Of a DNA stretch of 64,000 bases, positions 45,524 through 55,412 are shown piece after piece; positions within the stretch are counted from its first letter, which is position 1; every line of letters begins with the position of its first letter. Both the position numbers and the translations under genes were made by a program. The stretch spans positions 1,216,001 to 1,280,000 of the forward strand of contig OZ252299.1 of the NCBI GenBank assembly GCA_965250285.1, written 5' to 3'. Under the pieces are notes generated by a model, which saw only the letters and a list, made by a program, of their open reading frames with translations, had not been told where the DNA came from and ran no database searches. Source of the DNA: Myxococcota bacterium. GTDB lineage: Bacteria; Myxococcota_A; UBA9160; UBA4427.

Positions 45524-45753
45524 CGGCATCGCGACGACCCTGGCCGGTGCCGAAGGCCCTGGGCGGATGCGCGCCCGTTGCCCGCGTTTGGGCCGCGCGG
45601 GTGCGCGCGACTGCGCCCCCGACGGATTCATCGAGCGACGGTGCAGCCCGCACGCTGAGTGCGTGATGCACCTCACCTGCCGCGGGGATGCGCGACGCAT
45701 GCGCGTGTGAGATGCCTCAACTCGGTGCGCTGCGACGCCGATCCAGAAGATCG

Positions 45754-46509
45754 ATGGGTCGCTTCGCATTCACATCTCGGGATGGCTTGCTCGCGTTCGC
45801 CCTCGCGATCGTGCTCGTCGTCGGCCATGGCTGCGCGAGCACGCCGAACGCGGGTGCCGCGAGCTGGGCATGGTTTCAGGTGCCGGCGCCGGACGATGCA
45901 TGGAGCCCGAAGATCGCCGGCTGGCAGCATCGCGAGCGCCAGGATGACGGGACGCCGCGACCGGCGGTGGCCGCCGATGGTCAGGCGCTCGAGCCCTTCG
46001 AGACGGGCCCGCCCGCCGAGGATCTGGTGCCCGAGGCACGCACGCTCCGCAGCAAGTACTTCGGCTTCCGCGCCGCACAGAAGCGAGAGCTCGCTCGATC
46101 GTTCGCCGCCTGGGTTCAGGGACAGGCCGCGGAACACTACGTCGAGGATGGGCCGACCGATCACTGGGCCACCCTCGAGGAGACGCTGCGCAGCAACGGC
46201 GATGACTGCGACGGCCTCGAGCTGCTCACCTTTCACGGGCTGCGCGACCTCGGCTTCGACGAAGACGAGGTGTTTCGCGCGATCGTGTACCGAAAGAGCG
46301 ACAACCAGCACCACATGGTCACGCTCTGGTTCGAAGACCCCGACGATCCGTGGGTCATCGATCCGACCGGTGCGATGACCCTCGGTATGCCCCGCATGTC
46401 GGCGATGCCCGGCTGGGTGCCGCTCAAGCTCTTCACCGACGATCGTGAGTACACCGTTCGCCCCGGTGGTGTGGCCGATGCGGCGGAGCGGCTCGCCCAG
46501 AACCGCTGA
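45754..46509 (+). CDS. Lipoprotein with transglutaminase-like cysteine protease domain (BTLCP/LapG-like)
   Basis: Lipobox-like VGHGC; DHWATLEETL..GDDCDG, HHMVTLW, WVIDP (Cys-His-Asp). Confidence 0.7.
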   Translation: MGRFAFTSRDGLLAFALAIVLVVGHGCASTPNAGAASWAWFQVPAPDDAWSPKIAGWQHRERQDDGTPRPAVAADGQALEPFETGPPAEDLVPEARTLRSKYFGFRAAQKRELARSFAAWVQGQAAEHYVEDGPTDHWATLEETLRSNGDDCDGLELLTFHGLRDLGFDEDEVFRAIVYRKSDNQHHMVTLWFEDPDDPWVIDPTGAMTLGMPRMSAMPGWVPLKLFTDDREYTVRPGGVADAAERLAQNR

Positions 46510-46628
46510 GCGCACCCCCCTCGCGCCGCGAGATCGACCGCAGCGGCACCGCCCGCTCGATCTGGACAGGGGCGGCCCGGTGGCCGCGCGTTGACGCAGC
46601 GGGGCGCCGCTCCGATACTCGGCGCGCA

Positions 46629-47663
46629 ATGCCTCTCTCTGCCTTTCTCCGCGTGCCGACACCCGCTTCGTTCGTCCGTCTCGCCTGTGCCGCTCTGGCC
46701 GCGATCGCCCTATGCGGCTGCGGCTCGGACGATGCGCCGGGCGCCTCCGACACGTTTCGCGTCGCGCTGCTGACCCCTGGCTCGATTGCCGATGGTGGCT
46801 GGAACGCCGGGGCCTACCGCGGGCTCGAGCGCATTCGCGACGAGCTCGGCGCGCAGATCTCGCACGAAGAGACGAAGACGCCCGCGCAGTTCGAAGAGTC
46901 GTTTCGCGCGTACGCAGCGCAGGGCTACGACCTCGTCTTCGGCCATGGCTTCGAGTACCAGGACGCGGCCGCCGCCGTCGGGGCCGAGTATCCCGACACG
47001 ATCTTCGTGACCACGTCGGGCAACACCGTGCGCGAGAACGTCGTGCCGATGGTGTTCGAGCTCGAGCAGGCGACGTATCTGTGCGGCCTGGTCGCCGGTC
47101 ACGCGTCGCGCAGCGGGATCGTCGGGATGATCGGCGGCATCGACATCCCCTCGATCCGCAGCACGTTCCTCGCCTTCCAGGCGGGTGTGAAAGAGTCGCA
47201 GCCCGACGCCTCCGTGCGTGAAGTCTTCATCGGCAACTTCGACGACACCGCGGCCGCCCGTGAGTCGGCGCTCGCGCTGCTCGAAGAGGGCGCCGACTTC
47301 TTGATCCACCAGGCGAACGAAGCAGGCCGCGGGGTCTTTCAGGCCGCGCAGGATCGCACCACGAAAGAGGCGCCCGTCTACGTCTTCGGCACCAACGCGA
47401 ACCAGAACGACATGGCGCCCGAGGTCGTGGTCGCGTCGGCGACGCTCGATCTGCCGGGCGCGTTCGTGACCGTCGCGAAGCGCGTGCAGGACGGTGCCTT
47501 CGAGGCCGCGCCGATCCGACTGGGCATGAAGGATCGCGTGGTGGACTTCGTGCCGAACGAGGCGCTGTTCCCGGGGCTCGGGCCCGAGGCGAAGCAGCTC
47601 GTCGCCGAGAAGCGCGCCGCCATCGAGTCGGGGGCCTTCACCGTGCCCCGCGGCGACTTCTGA
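46629..47663 (+). CDS. BMP-family ABC transporter substrate-binding lipoprotein (nucleoside/purine-type)
   Basis: Lipobox; GSIADGGWNAGAY, GYDLVFGHGFEY, GNFDD; promoter-like TTGACG-17-GATACT at 46591-46619. Confidence 0.9.
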   Translation: MPLSAFLRVPTPASFVRLACAALAAIALCGCGSDDAPGASDTFRVALLTPGSIADGGWNAGAYRGLERIRDELGAQISHEETKTPAQFEESFRAYAAQGYDLVFGHGFEYQDAAAAVGAEYPDTIFVTTSGNTVRENVVPMVFELEQATYLCGLVAGHASRSGIVGMIGGIDIPSIRSTFLAFQAGVKESQPDASVREVFIGNFDDTAAARESALALLEEGADFLIHQANEAGRGVFQAAQDRTTKEAPVYVFGTNANQNDMAPEVVVASATLDLPGAFVTVAKRVQDGAFEAAPIRLGMKDRVVDFVPNEALFPGLGPEAKQLVAEKRAAIESGAFTVPRGDF

Positions 47664-47683
47664 CCCGCGAGGCCGCTCGGCGC

Positions 47684-49243
47684 ATGTCCGCTCCCGTGCC
47701 GCTCTCGCCGCCCGACGCTTTCCCCCGCCTGCGGCTCGTCGACATCGACAAGACCTTCGTCGCGGGTCGGCCGGTGCTGCAGCAGGTCGGCCTCGAGGTC
47801 GCTGCCGGCGAGATCCACGCTCTGCTCGGCGAGAACGGTGCCGGCAAGTCGACGCTCATGAACGTGCTCGTCGGGCTCGTGCAGCCCGACGCCGGCCGCA
47901 TCGAGATCGACGGCGCGCCCCGCACGCTCGATCGCTGGGGGCCGGTCGCTGCCCTCGAGGCCGGCATCGCGATGGTGCACCAGCACTCCACGCTCGTGCC
48001 CGCGATGACGGTCGAAGAGAACCTCTGCTTCGGGGATCGTCGTCGCGGCCTGCGCTTCGATCACGCGGCCGCAAGCGAAGCACTGCGCACGCTCTCCGAG
48101 CGGCATGGCCTCGAGGTGCCGCTGGGTGCCCGCGTCGAAGACCTCTCGGTGGGACAACGCCAGCGGGCCGAGATCCTGCGGGCGCTCGATCGAGGTGCGC
48201 GCATCCTCGTTCTCGACGAGCCGACCGCGGCGCTCACGCCGAGTGAGACGCGCGAGCTGTTTCCCGCGCTCGAGCAGCTACGGGCCGAGGGCCAGAGCCT
48301 CATCTTCATTTCGCACAAGCTCGACGAGGTCGAAGCGCTCGCCGATCGCGTCACCGTGCTGCGGCGAGGCCGCGTGACCGGCACCGTCGCGACCCGCGAT
48401 GCCGACGCACATGCGCTCGGCGAGCTGATGCTGGGCCGCAGCATGCCCACGCTCGAGAAGCGCCCCCGGCCGACCCCCCCGGCCGACACACCGGCGTCGT
48501 TCGCGCTCGAGGGCGTCGCGGCCGATGGGGTGCGCGCAGCGAGCGCGCTTCGCGGGCTCGATCTCGAGGTTGAGGCCGGAGAGCTCGTCGGCATCGCCGG
48601 CATCGACGGCAACGGACAGCTCGAGCTCGAAGAGGTGCTGGTGGGCGTGCGCCCGATGACGTCGGGCGCGCTGCGCGTCGCGGGTGCGGTCGTGGCGCCC
48701 GGCGTACACAGCCTGCGGTCACACGGCGTCGCGCACCTGTCGGGGGATCGCGAGGGCGCGGGCCTCGTGCCGGGGCTCTCGATGACCGAGAACTGGATCC
48801 TCAAGGCGACGGGCGAGGCGTCGGTCTACTTCGAGCACGGCTTCGTCGATGCCGGCGCGGCGCGCGCGGCCACCGAGGCGGCCATCGATGCGTTCGAGAT
48901 TCGCCCGCCGGTTGCGTCGGCCGACGTCGCGACGCTCTCGGGCGGCAACGCCCAGAAGCTCGCGGTGGCGCGCGAGCTGTCGGACGATCCCGATGTCCTG
49001 CTCGCCGTGAATCCCACCCGGGGCCTCGATGTCGGCTCGGCCCGGTTCGTCCATGAGCAGATGCTGGCGCTGCGCGACCGCGGGGGCTCGGTGCTGCTGC
49101 TCTCGACCGAGCTCGACGAGGTGCTGCTGCTCGCCGACCGCGTCTTCGTGCTCGTGCGCGGCGAGCTGGTGCCCGTCGCACGCGGGGCCGATCGGGCCGA
49201 GATCGGCGCCGTCATGCTCGGTCGCGGGAGCGAGCACGGATGA
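47684..49243 (+). CDS. ABC transporter ATP-binding protein (two ATPase domains)
   Basis: GENGAGKSTLM, LSVGQRQ, LDEPTA, LSGGNAQK, NPTRGLDVG. Confidence 0.93.
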   Translation: MSAPVPLSPPDAFPRLRLVDIDKTFVAGRPVLQQVGLEVAAGEIHALLGENGAGKSTLMNVLVGLVQPDAGRIEIDGAPRTLDRWGPVAALEAGIAMVHQHSTLVPAMTVEENLCFGDRRRGLRFDHAAASEALRTLSERHGLEVPLGARVEDLSVGQRQRAEILRALDRGARILVLDEPTAALTPSETRELFPALEQLRAEGQSLIFISHKLDEVEALADRVTVLRRGRVTGTVATRDADAHALGELMLGRSMPTLEKRPRPTPPADTPASFALEGVAADGVRAASALRGLDLEVEAGELVGIAGIDGNGQLELEEVLVGVRPMTSGALRVAGAVVAPGVHSLRSHGVAHLSGDREGAGLVPGLSMTENWILKATGEASVYFEHGFVDAGAARAATEAAIDAFEIRPPVASADVATLSGGNAQKLAVARELSDDPDVLLAVNPTRGLDVGSARFVHEQMLALRDRGGSVLLLSTELDEVLLLADRVFVLVRGELVPVARGADRAEIGAVMLGRGSEHG

Positions 49244-50349
49244 GCTCGATCCTGCCGAGCGGCGGCGCGTCGGGATCCTTCGCCGAACGCGCGCTCGAAG
49301 AGGCGCTGCGTGCGGTCGTGTCCATCGGGGTGGCGCTGCTCCTCGCGGGCCTCGTGATCGCGATGCTCGGCTATTCACCAGGCCGCGCGCTCGCGGCGCT
49401 GCTCTCGGGTGGGCTCGGCGGGCCGGCGGCGTGGACGTCGACGCTGCTCAAGGCGTCGCCGCTGCTTCTGACCGGCCTCACCGTGTCGCTGTGCTTTCGC
49501 TGCGGCGTGTGGAACATCGGCGCCGAGGGGCAGTTCTATCTCGGTGCGCTGCTCGCCACGGCCGTCGCGACCCGCATCCTGCCGGGTGCACCCGCGCCGA
49601 TCCTGGTGCCGGCGGGCATGCTCGCGGCGGTCCTCGGCGGCGTGCTCTGGGCTTCGATCGCGGGCGCGCTCAAGGCCGGGCGGGGCGTGTCGGAGGTGAT
49701 CTCGACGATCCTGCTCAACTTCGTGGCGATCCAGCTCGTATCGCTCGCCGTGCACGGCTGGCTGCAGGAGTCGTCGGGCGCCTATCCCCAGAGCGACGCG
49801 CTCGCGGCCGCCGCCCGGCTACCGCGCTGGGGCCGGCTGCACCTCGGCTTGCCCATCGCCGGTCTGCTGGCGGTCGGATGCTGGCTGCTGCTCTTTCGCA
49901 CGGCGTTCGGCCTGCGCATGCGCGCGGTCGGCTTCGGCCCCCGCGCTGCGCGCTTCGCGGGCATCGATCCCAGTCGCACGCTGGTCGCGACGCTCGCGCT
50001 CTCGGGCGGTCTGGCCGGTCTCGCCGGCGGGCTCGAGGTCATGGGCGTCACGGGACGGCTCTACGAGAAGCTCTCACCCGGCTACGGCTACACCGCCATC
50101 GCAGTGGCGCTGCTCGCGCGCCTGCATCCCCTGGCCGTCATTCCGTCGGCGCTGCTCTTCGGCCTGCTCGAAGCCGGGGGCGGCGCGATGCAGCGCGAAG
50201 CGGGCGTGCCCGCGGTGGCGACCGACGTCGTGAAGGGCGTCGTGATCCTCGTCTCGATCGGCTTCGCGACGCTCTCGTGGCCTTTCGCTCGGCGTACGGC
50301 GGAGGCCGGGTCGAGCGACGACGATGTGCAGCCGGAGGTCGCCGGCTGA
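49240..50349 (+). CDS. ABC transporter permease
   Basis: WNIGAEGQ, SEVISTILLN, GYGYTAIAVALL. Confidence 0.92.
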   Translation: MSSILPSGGASGSFAERALEEALRAVVSIGVALLLAGLVIAMLGYSPGRALAALLSGGLGGPAAWTSTLLKASPLLLTGLTVSLCFRCGVWNIGAEGQFYLGALLATAVATRILPGAPAPILVPAGMLAAVLGGVLWASIAGALKAGRGVSEVISTILLNFVAIQLVSLAVHGWLQESSGAYPQSDALAAAARLPRWGRLHLGLPIAGLLAVGCWLLLFRTAFGLRMRAVGFGPRAARFAGIDPSRTLVATLALSGGLAGLAGGLEVMGVTGRLYEKLSPGYGYTAIAVALLARLHPLAVIPSALLFGLLEAGGGAMQREAGVPAVATDVVKGVVILVSIGFATLSWPFARRTAEAGSSDDDVQPEVAG

Positions 50350-51257
50350 TGGAGGCGCTGCTCGAAGCCTGTGTTCGGCTCGCGATTCCGCTGCTGCTCG
50401 CGGCGCTCGGCGAGCTTGTGATCGAGCGCTCTGGCGTGATCCACATCGGCGTCGAGGGCACGATGCTGGTGGGCGCCTTCGTCGGGTTCGCGGTCGGTGT
50501 CGGTGTGGCGTCGCCCGGCCTGGGGCTGGTCGCCGCCGCCTTCGCCGGCGTCGCCGTGGGGCTCGTGTTCGGCTTCTTCGTGCTCGTACGGCGCGCGGAT
50601 CAGATCGTGGTCGGCACCGCCGTCAACCTGCTCGCGCTCGGCTCGACCGGGCTCGCTGCGCGCGCGATCTGGCAGGGCGCGATCCCGACGGGTGAGACGC
50701 TCCCGACCTGGTCGCTGCCCGGCCTCTCGCAGCTGCCCTGGGTGGGGTCGGCCCTCTTCTCGATGGGGCCCCACGCCTGGCTCGCCTTCGTGCTCGCGCC
50801 GTCGATCGCCTGGTTTCTGGCGCGCACCCGCCCGGGCCTGCAGCTGCGGGCGGTGGGGGAGAGCGCCCGGTCGGCCGACGCCGAAGGCGTGTCGGTGATC
50901 GGCACCCGTCTCGCTGCCATCGTGTTCGGCACGGCGGTGATGGGTGTGGCCGGGGCGACGCTCTCGCTGTCGCTCAGCAACACGTTCACAGAGGGCATGA
51001 CCGCGGGCCGCGGCTTCATCGCACTGACGGTCGTGATCTTCGCGCGCTGGAGCCCGGTCGGCGCAGTCGGGGCCGCGCTCTTCTTCGGCGCGGCCGTCGC
51101 GGCCCAGGCGCGACTGCAGGCGATGGGGACCGCGATCCCGTATCAGCTGACGCTGATGCTGCCCTATGTCCTCACGCTGGTCGTGCTCGCGTTGGCCTCG
51201 CGCCGGTCGGCCGGGCCGGCCGACCTGGGCCAGGCCTTCTCTCGAAACGAGCAATGA
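50349..51257 (+). CDS. ABC transporter permease
   Basis: ERSGVIHIGVEG, ADQIVVG, LRAVGE, AGRGFIAL, LPYVLT; ATG overlaps previous TGA. Confidence 0.92.
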   Translation: MEALLEACVRLAIPLLLAALGELVIERSGVIHIGVEGTMLVGAFVGFAVGVGVASPGLGLVAAAFAGVAVGLVFGFFVLVRRADQIVVGTAVNLLALGSTGLAARAIWQGAIPTGETLPTWSLPGLSQLPWVGSALFSMGPHAWLAFVLAPSIAWFLARTRPGLQLRAVGESARSADAEGVSVIGTRLAAIVFGTAVMGVAGATLSLSLSNTFTEGMTAGRGFIALTVVIFARWSPVGAVGAALFFGAAVAAQARLQAMGTAIPYQLTLMLPYVLTLVVLALASRRSAGPADLGQAFSRNEQ

Positions 51258-51334
51258 GTCGGCGGCGCGCCGGAGGCAAGACGATTCGCGTCGTCCGGTC
51301 CGGCTGAGGTACCCTTCCGAATGGGGGGAGTACC

Positions 51335-52240
51335 GTGAACCGACGTGGTGTGGATCGACGGGTCCGCGCGGCGAGGCCTCGTGCGGCCGGCGCGGCGAAT
51401 GGATGGGGGCGACCGATCGCGCTCGTATCGGCGATCGCGTTCACCTCGTCGTTCTTTCTCTCTCATGATCTCGGTGCGAAGCCGCATCGGCCCGATCGCT
51501 TCGATCGGGTCGTGATCGACGCCGGCCACGGGGGCGAGGACGACGGCGCCCGGGGTGCGCGCGGGCTGACCGAGAAAGAGGTGGTGCTCGACGTCTCGCA
51601 GCGCGTCGCCCGTGCGCTCGAGGCACGCGGCGTCGAGGTGTTGCTGACTCGCACGGACGACACCTTCATTCCGCTCGAAGAGCGCACGTCCCGGGCCAAC
51701 GACGCGCGGGCCGATCTCTTCGTCTCGATTCACGCCAACTCGGCCAAGCATGCGAAGCCGTCGGGCATCGAGACGTTCTTCGTCTCGCTCGACGCCACCG
51801 ACGAAGACGCCGCCGAGTTGGCGGCGCGTGAGAACGAGGCGTTTGGCGAGGCGGGACGCCGCGTGATCGTCGACGATCCGCTGACGCAGCTCATGGGCGA
51901 CATGATCACGAACGAGCACGTTCGCGAGTCGAGCGAGTTCGCGAAGATCGTGCAGCACGAGCTGGCCGGTCTCGACGGCGCCCGGTCGCGGGGCGTGAAG
52001 CAGGCGCCCTTCGTGGTGCTGATGGGCGTGCAGATGCCGGCTGCGCTCATCGAGGTCGGCTTCATTTCGAATCCCGAAGAAGAGAAGAAGCTCGGCCGCC
52101 GCGATCATCGCGATCGTCTCGCCGCCGCGATCGTCGAGGCGATCGGAGAGTTCGGCGAGCGCGCCGACGCGCGCCGCGGCGTCGATCACGAGTCGTCGCT
52201 GTTCCTGTCTTCTTCGGACGCGCGGTCGGCTCCACGCTGA
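51335..52240 (+). CDS. N-acetylmuramoyl-L-alanine amidase (Amidase_3)
   Basis: VVIDAGHGGED, EKEVVL, LTRTDD, FVSIHAN, IEVGFISN. Confidence 0.93.
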   Translation: MNRRGVDRRVRAARPRAAGAANGWGRPIALVSAIAFTSSFFLSHDLGAKPHRPDRFDRVVIDAGHGGEDDGARGARGLTEKEVVLDVSQRVARALEARGVEVLLTRTDDTFIPLEERTSRANDARADLFVSIHANSAKHAKPSGIETFFVSLDATDEDAAELAARENEAFGEAGRRVIVDDPLTQLMGDMITNEHVRESSEFAKIVQHELAGLDGARSRGVKQAPFVVLMGVQMPAALIEVGFISNPEEEKKLGRRDHRDRLAAAIVEAIGEFGERADARRGVDHESSLFLSSSDARSAPR

Positions 52241-52354
52241 GCCTGGCCTCGGACCGGGTCGCGCGCGAAGCTGGCTTCTTTGGCTGGCTCACCCTTCGTC
52301 ATTCGCAGTAGTCTCCGCCCTCCGGCCGCTCGGGCCGGTTCGATCGGAGATCTC

Positions 52355-53113
52355 ATGTCGACCCCTCGCCGCGACGGCCGAGCCCACGATGAGCTGCGCC
52401 CGCTCGGGCTGACCCCCGACTTCATCGACAACCCGCTGGCCTCGGTGCTCTGCGAAATGGGCCGCACGCGCGTGCTCTGCAGCGTGAGCGACGAGCCCTC
52501 GGTCCCGCGCTGGCTGAAGGGCCGGGGCGAGGGCTGGGTGACGGCCGAGTACGCGATGCTGCCGGCCGCGACCGACACGCGCAACGAGCGCGAGTCGTCG
52601 AAGGGCAAGGTGTCTGGGCGCACCATGGAGATTCAACGTCTGATCGGTCGTAGCCTGCGCGCGGTGGTCGATCTGTCGGCGCTCGGCGAGCGCACGTTGA
52701 CGGTCGACTGTGACGTGCTCCAGGCCGACGGTGGGACGCGGACGGCCTCGATCACCGGGGCATTCACCGCGCTCGCGCTTGCCGTGTCGCGCCTGCGCGC
52801 CCGCGGTGACGTCGAACGACCGGTCTTGCGCGACAGTGTCGCCGCGATCTCGGTCGGCATCATCGACGACGAGGTGCGCCTCGATCTGCCCTACGAAGAG
52901 GATGGGCGTGCGCAGGTCGACATGAACGTCGTCGCGACGGGCAGCGGTCGGCTCGTCGAGATTCAGGGCACCGGCGAGGGGCATACGTTCTCGCGAGCTG
53001 AGCTCGACGCCCTGACCGATCTCGCGCTCGACGGGGTCGCGACGCTCACGGCGAAGCAGGCCGATGTGCTCGGCGATGCCATGCCCAAGCCGGCGAACAC
53101 GGACGCGTCGTGA
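52355..53113 (+). CDS. rph: Ribonuclease PH
   Basis: [50 protein letters not shown]. Confidence 0.97.
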   Translation: MSTPRRDGRAHDELRPLGLTPDFIDNPLASVLCEMGRTRVLCSVSDEPSVPRWLKGRGEGWVTAEYAMLPAATDTRNERESSKGKVSGRTMEIQRLIGRSLRAVVDLSALGERTLTVDCDVLQADGGTRTASITGAFTALALAVSRLRARGDVERPVLRDSVAAISVGIIDDEVRLDLPYEEDGRAQVDMNVVATGSGRLVEIQGTGEGHTFSRAELDALTDLALDGVATLTAKQADVLGDAMPKPANTDAS

Positions 53114-53709
53114 CACCGCGGCTCATCGTCTCGACCGGCAACCCCGGCAAGCTGCGCGAGTTCATCGAGATCCTCGGGCTCGAAGCCGGTGCGCTCGGCA
53201 CGCTGCGCGACGTGCCCGAAGTGGTTCTGCCCGAGGAGGGCGCGGAGTATCTGCCGAACGCCATCGCCAAGGCGCGCGCGGTGGCCGACCAGGCCGGGCT
53301 CCCGGCCATCGCGGATGACTCTGGGCTCGAGGTCGACGTGCTGGACGGCGCGCCCGGGCCACTGAGCGCCCGGTATGGCGGGCCGGGCCTCGACGACGCG
53401 GGGCGCGTCGCCCATCTGCTCGCCGAGATGGCCGCGCGGGGGGGTACACCTCGCGGTGCTCGCTTCGTCTGCATCGCCGCGCTGGCGATCCCGGGCGGCG
53501 AGACGCACACGGCGACCGGCGTCTGCGAGGGCGAGATCCTCGATGCACCGACCGGGGTCGGTGGCTTCGGCTACGACCCCGTCTTTCGGCCGACCGGCCA
53601 CGCCGTCTCGATGGCCGAGCTGCCCGGCGGCGTGAAGAACCGCATCTCGCATCGCGGTCGAGCGTTGGCCGAGCTGGCGAATGCGGTGGCCGCGGTGGTC
53701 GGGGCCTGA
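53110..53709 (+). CDS. rdgB: Non-canonical purine NTP pyrophosphatase (RdgB/HAM1)
   Basis: [37 protein letters not shown]. Confidence 0.95.
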   Translation: MTPRLIVSTGNPGKLREFIEILGLEAGALGTLRDVPEVVLPEEGAEYLPNAIAKARAVADQAGLPAIADDSGLEVDVLDGAPGPLSARYGGPGLDDAGRVAHLLAEMAARGGTPRGARFVCIAALAIPGGETHTATGVCEGEILDAPTGVGGFGYDPVFRPTGHAVSMAELPGGVKNRISHRGRALAELANAVAAVVGA

Positions 53710-53810
53710 GACCCGAAGCGGCTCGCCATCTCGCATCGCGGTCGAGCGTTGGCCGAGCTGGCGAATGCGGTGGCCGCGGTGGTCGGGGCCTGAGACCCGA
53801 AGCGGCTCGC
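53643..53810. repeat. Perfect 84-bp tandem duplication of the rdgB 3' end
   Basis: 53643-53726 is identical to 53727-53810. Confidence 0.95.
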
Positions 53811-53827
53811 CCGCCAAAGGAGCGGTG

Positions 53828-54103
53828 ATGCGCGCCCTGCCGGATGGGGTCTCGAGCTACAAGCGCACGCCCGAGTTCGAGGCGTCGACGGTGCCCGCCG
53901 GACTGCTGCGTTCGCACCGGACGAAGGCCGGCGTCTGGGGCGTGATCCATGTGCTCGAGGGCGAGCTCGTGTACCGCATCCTCGAGCCTTCGGTCGAAGA
54001 ACACGTGCTGCGACAGGGCTTCGAGGGCGTCGTCGAGCCCGAGGTGCCGCACCAGGTCGAGCCCCGGCCCGGCGTACGGTTCTACGTGGAGTTTCGTCGC
54101 TAG
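53828..54103 (+). CDS. DUF1971/YeaR-like (TehB N-terminal) small cupin protein
   Basis: YKRTPEF..VPAGLLRSHRTKAGVWG..VLEG..PEVPHQV..FYVEF; AAGGAG RBS. Confidence 0.85.
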   Translation: MRALPDGVSSYKRTPEFEASTVPAGLLRSHRTKAGVWGVIHVLEGELVYRILEPSVEEHVLRQGFEGVVEPEVPHQVEPRPGVRFYVEFRR

Positions 54104-54115
54104 GCGTCTCGGCCG

Positions 54116-54844
54116 CTAGACGTTCAGCTCGGCGTAGCGGCTGGTGATGAACTCACGCAGCCGCTTGGTGTCGTCGCTGTTCATCTCGTCGAAGCGCAGA
54201 CCCATGCCGAGCGGAAGGTTCGGGCGCTGCAGATTGCCCGGAACGTTCGAGAAGAGGACCTGGCCCGAAGTCTCGATCGCCGCGCCGGGCAGCCGCAGCT
54301 CGAGCTGGATCTGCGCGCCCTCCATGCTGGCGCGCTGGGTCTCGAGGAACGCGCCGCCTTCGGACAGGCTGTACACCACGGCGTCCTTCGTGCGGCCGCC
54401 GACGAAGACCCGGGCCAGCAGATACGTCGGTACGCGCAGCGTGCGCCGCTTGTGATGGTCGCGGTCGCCGCCGAGCGCGCGGTTCAGCTGAAAGCGCAGG
54501 GTGCCTTCGTCATAGGGCTCCCAGAGTGCGAGCTTCAGCCCGGCCGACTTGAGCTCCTTGCGCTGGCTGGGTGTCGGGTGCCGACCGACCGAGACGAGCA
54601 TCACCTCGCTCTGCGACGTGGCGTTGCTGAGCTTCTTCAGGGCCTTCTTCAGCTTGTCGTGGTGGAAGTCGGTCGGGATCATCACGACGCAGAACGGCTG
54701 ACGGGTCGCGGCGACGAGCGCCTCGGCGCTCTCGATGTTCGCGACCCGGGCCGGCTCGACGTCGAACGAGCGAAGCCGCTCCGCGAGGGTGGTGATCCCC
54801 CCGTCGGAGCCCTCGATCAGGATGATCTGGGGGCGCTCGTCCAT
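54116..54844 (-). CDS. PilZ-domain protein with N-terminal receiver-like domain
   Basis: RRTLR (RxxxR) and SLSEGG motifs, GMGLRF at the C-terminus. Confidence 0.8.
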   Translation of the reverse strand: MDERPQIILIEGSDGGITTLAERLRSFDVEPARVANIESAEALVAATRQPFCVVMIPTDFHHDKLKKALKKLSNATSQSEVMLVSVGRHPTPSQRKELKSAGLKLALWEPYDEGTLRFQLNRALGGDRDHHKRRTLRVPTYLLARVFVGGRTKDAVVYSLSEGGAFLETQRASMEGAQIQLELRLPGAAIETSGQVLFSNVPGNLQRPNLPLGMGLRFDEMNSDDTKRLREFITSRYAELNV

Positions 54845-54941
54845 GGCGGGCGGATCGGGTGGCCCAGCCCGATTCTTGAGGGATGCGGCTGATTGGGGCC
54901 AGCGCCCCTTCGAATGGGGGGGCTCCGCGACCGAGTCGACG

Positions 54942-55238
54942 TCAGGTCGGAGGCGCGAAGATGCGCTGCATCGTCTCGTAGGGTGTCGGTACGTTCGGAT
55001 CGAAGCGGCGCAGGCGCCGCCGCAGGCGCTCGAGGCGCTTCGGGGTGAGCTCGAGGTCTTCGCTCAGGAGGAACGCGCCGAGTCGCTCGTCGAGATACCG
55101 ACGCAGCTGGTGGGCGGCCAGGGCGTCGGGGTCGTAGCCGGCCTCCTGCAAGCTGATCCACAGCGCATAGCGGGGCACGAGCCTTCCGATCTCGACGGAA
55201 AGTTCGGCATGCAGATGATCGAAGCAGCGACGCCGCAC
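54942..55238 (-). CDS. Hypothetical protein (98 aa)
   Basis: GTG with GGAGG RBS; globular-looking composition; no family recognised. Confidence 0.55.
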   Translation of the reverse strand: MRRRCFDHLHAELSVEIGRLVPRYALWISLQEAGYDPDALAAHQLRRYLDERLGAFLLSEDLELTPKRLERLRRRLRRFDPNVPTPYETMQRIFAPPT

Positions 55239-55412
55239 ACGGGCCTCCGGCCCCCCGCTCGAACGTGGGATGGCGACCCCGCTTGTGTCAGAGCGATTCG
55301 ACAGTGTGCGTCCCGGTCGCGCGCGTTCGGTGCCGTGCCGATGCCGGCGCAGCGACGGCTGTCGGGGCGTCGCCCAGTCTTCTCGCAGCCAGGTCTCGAG
55401 ATACTGCCGTGC

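Noticed and set aside
51308..51337. Hairpin covering the amidase RBS (GGTAC..GTACC)
   Set aside because: Short and imperfect, and the start codon is uncertain
53643..53810. CRISPR interpretation of the direct repeat
   Set aside because: Two abutting 84-bp copies, no spacers, no cas genes
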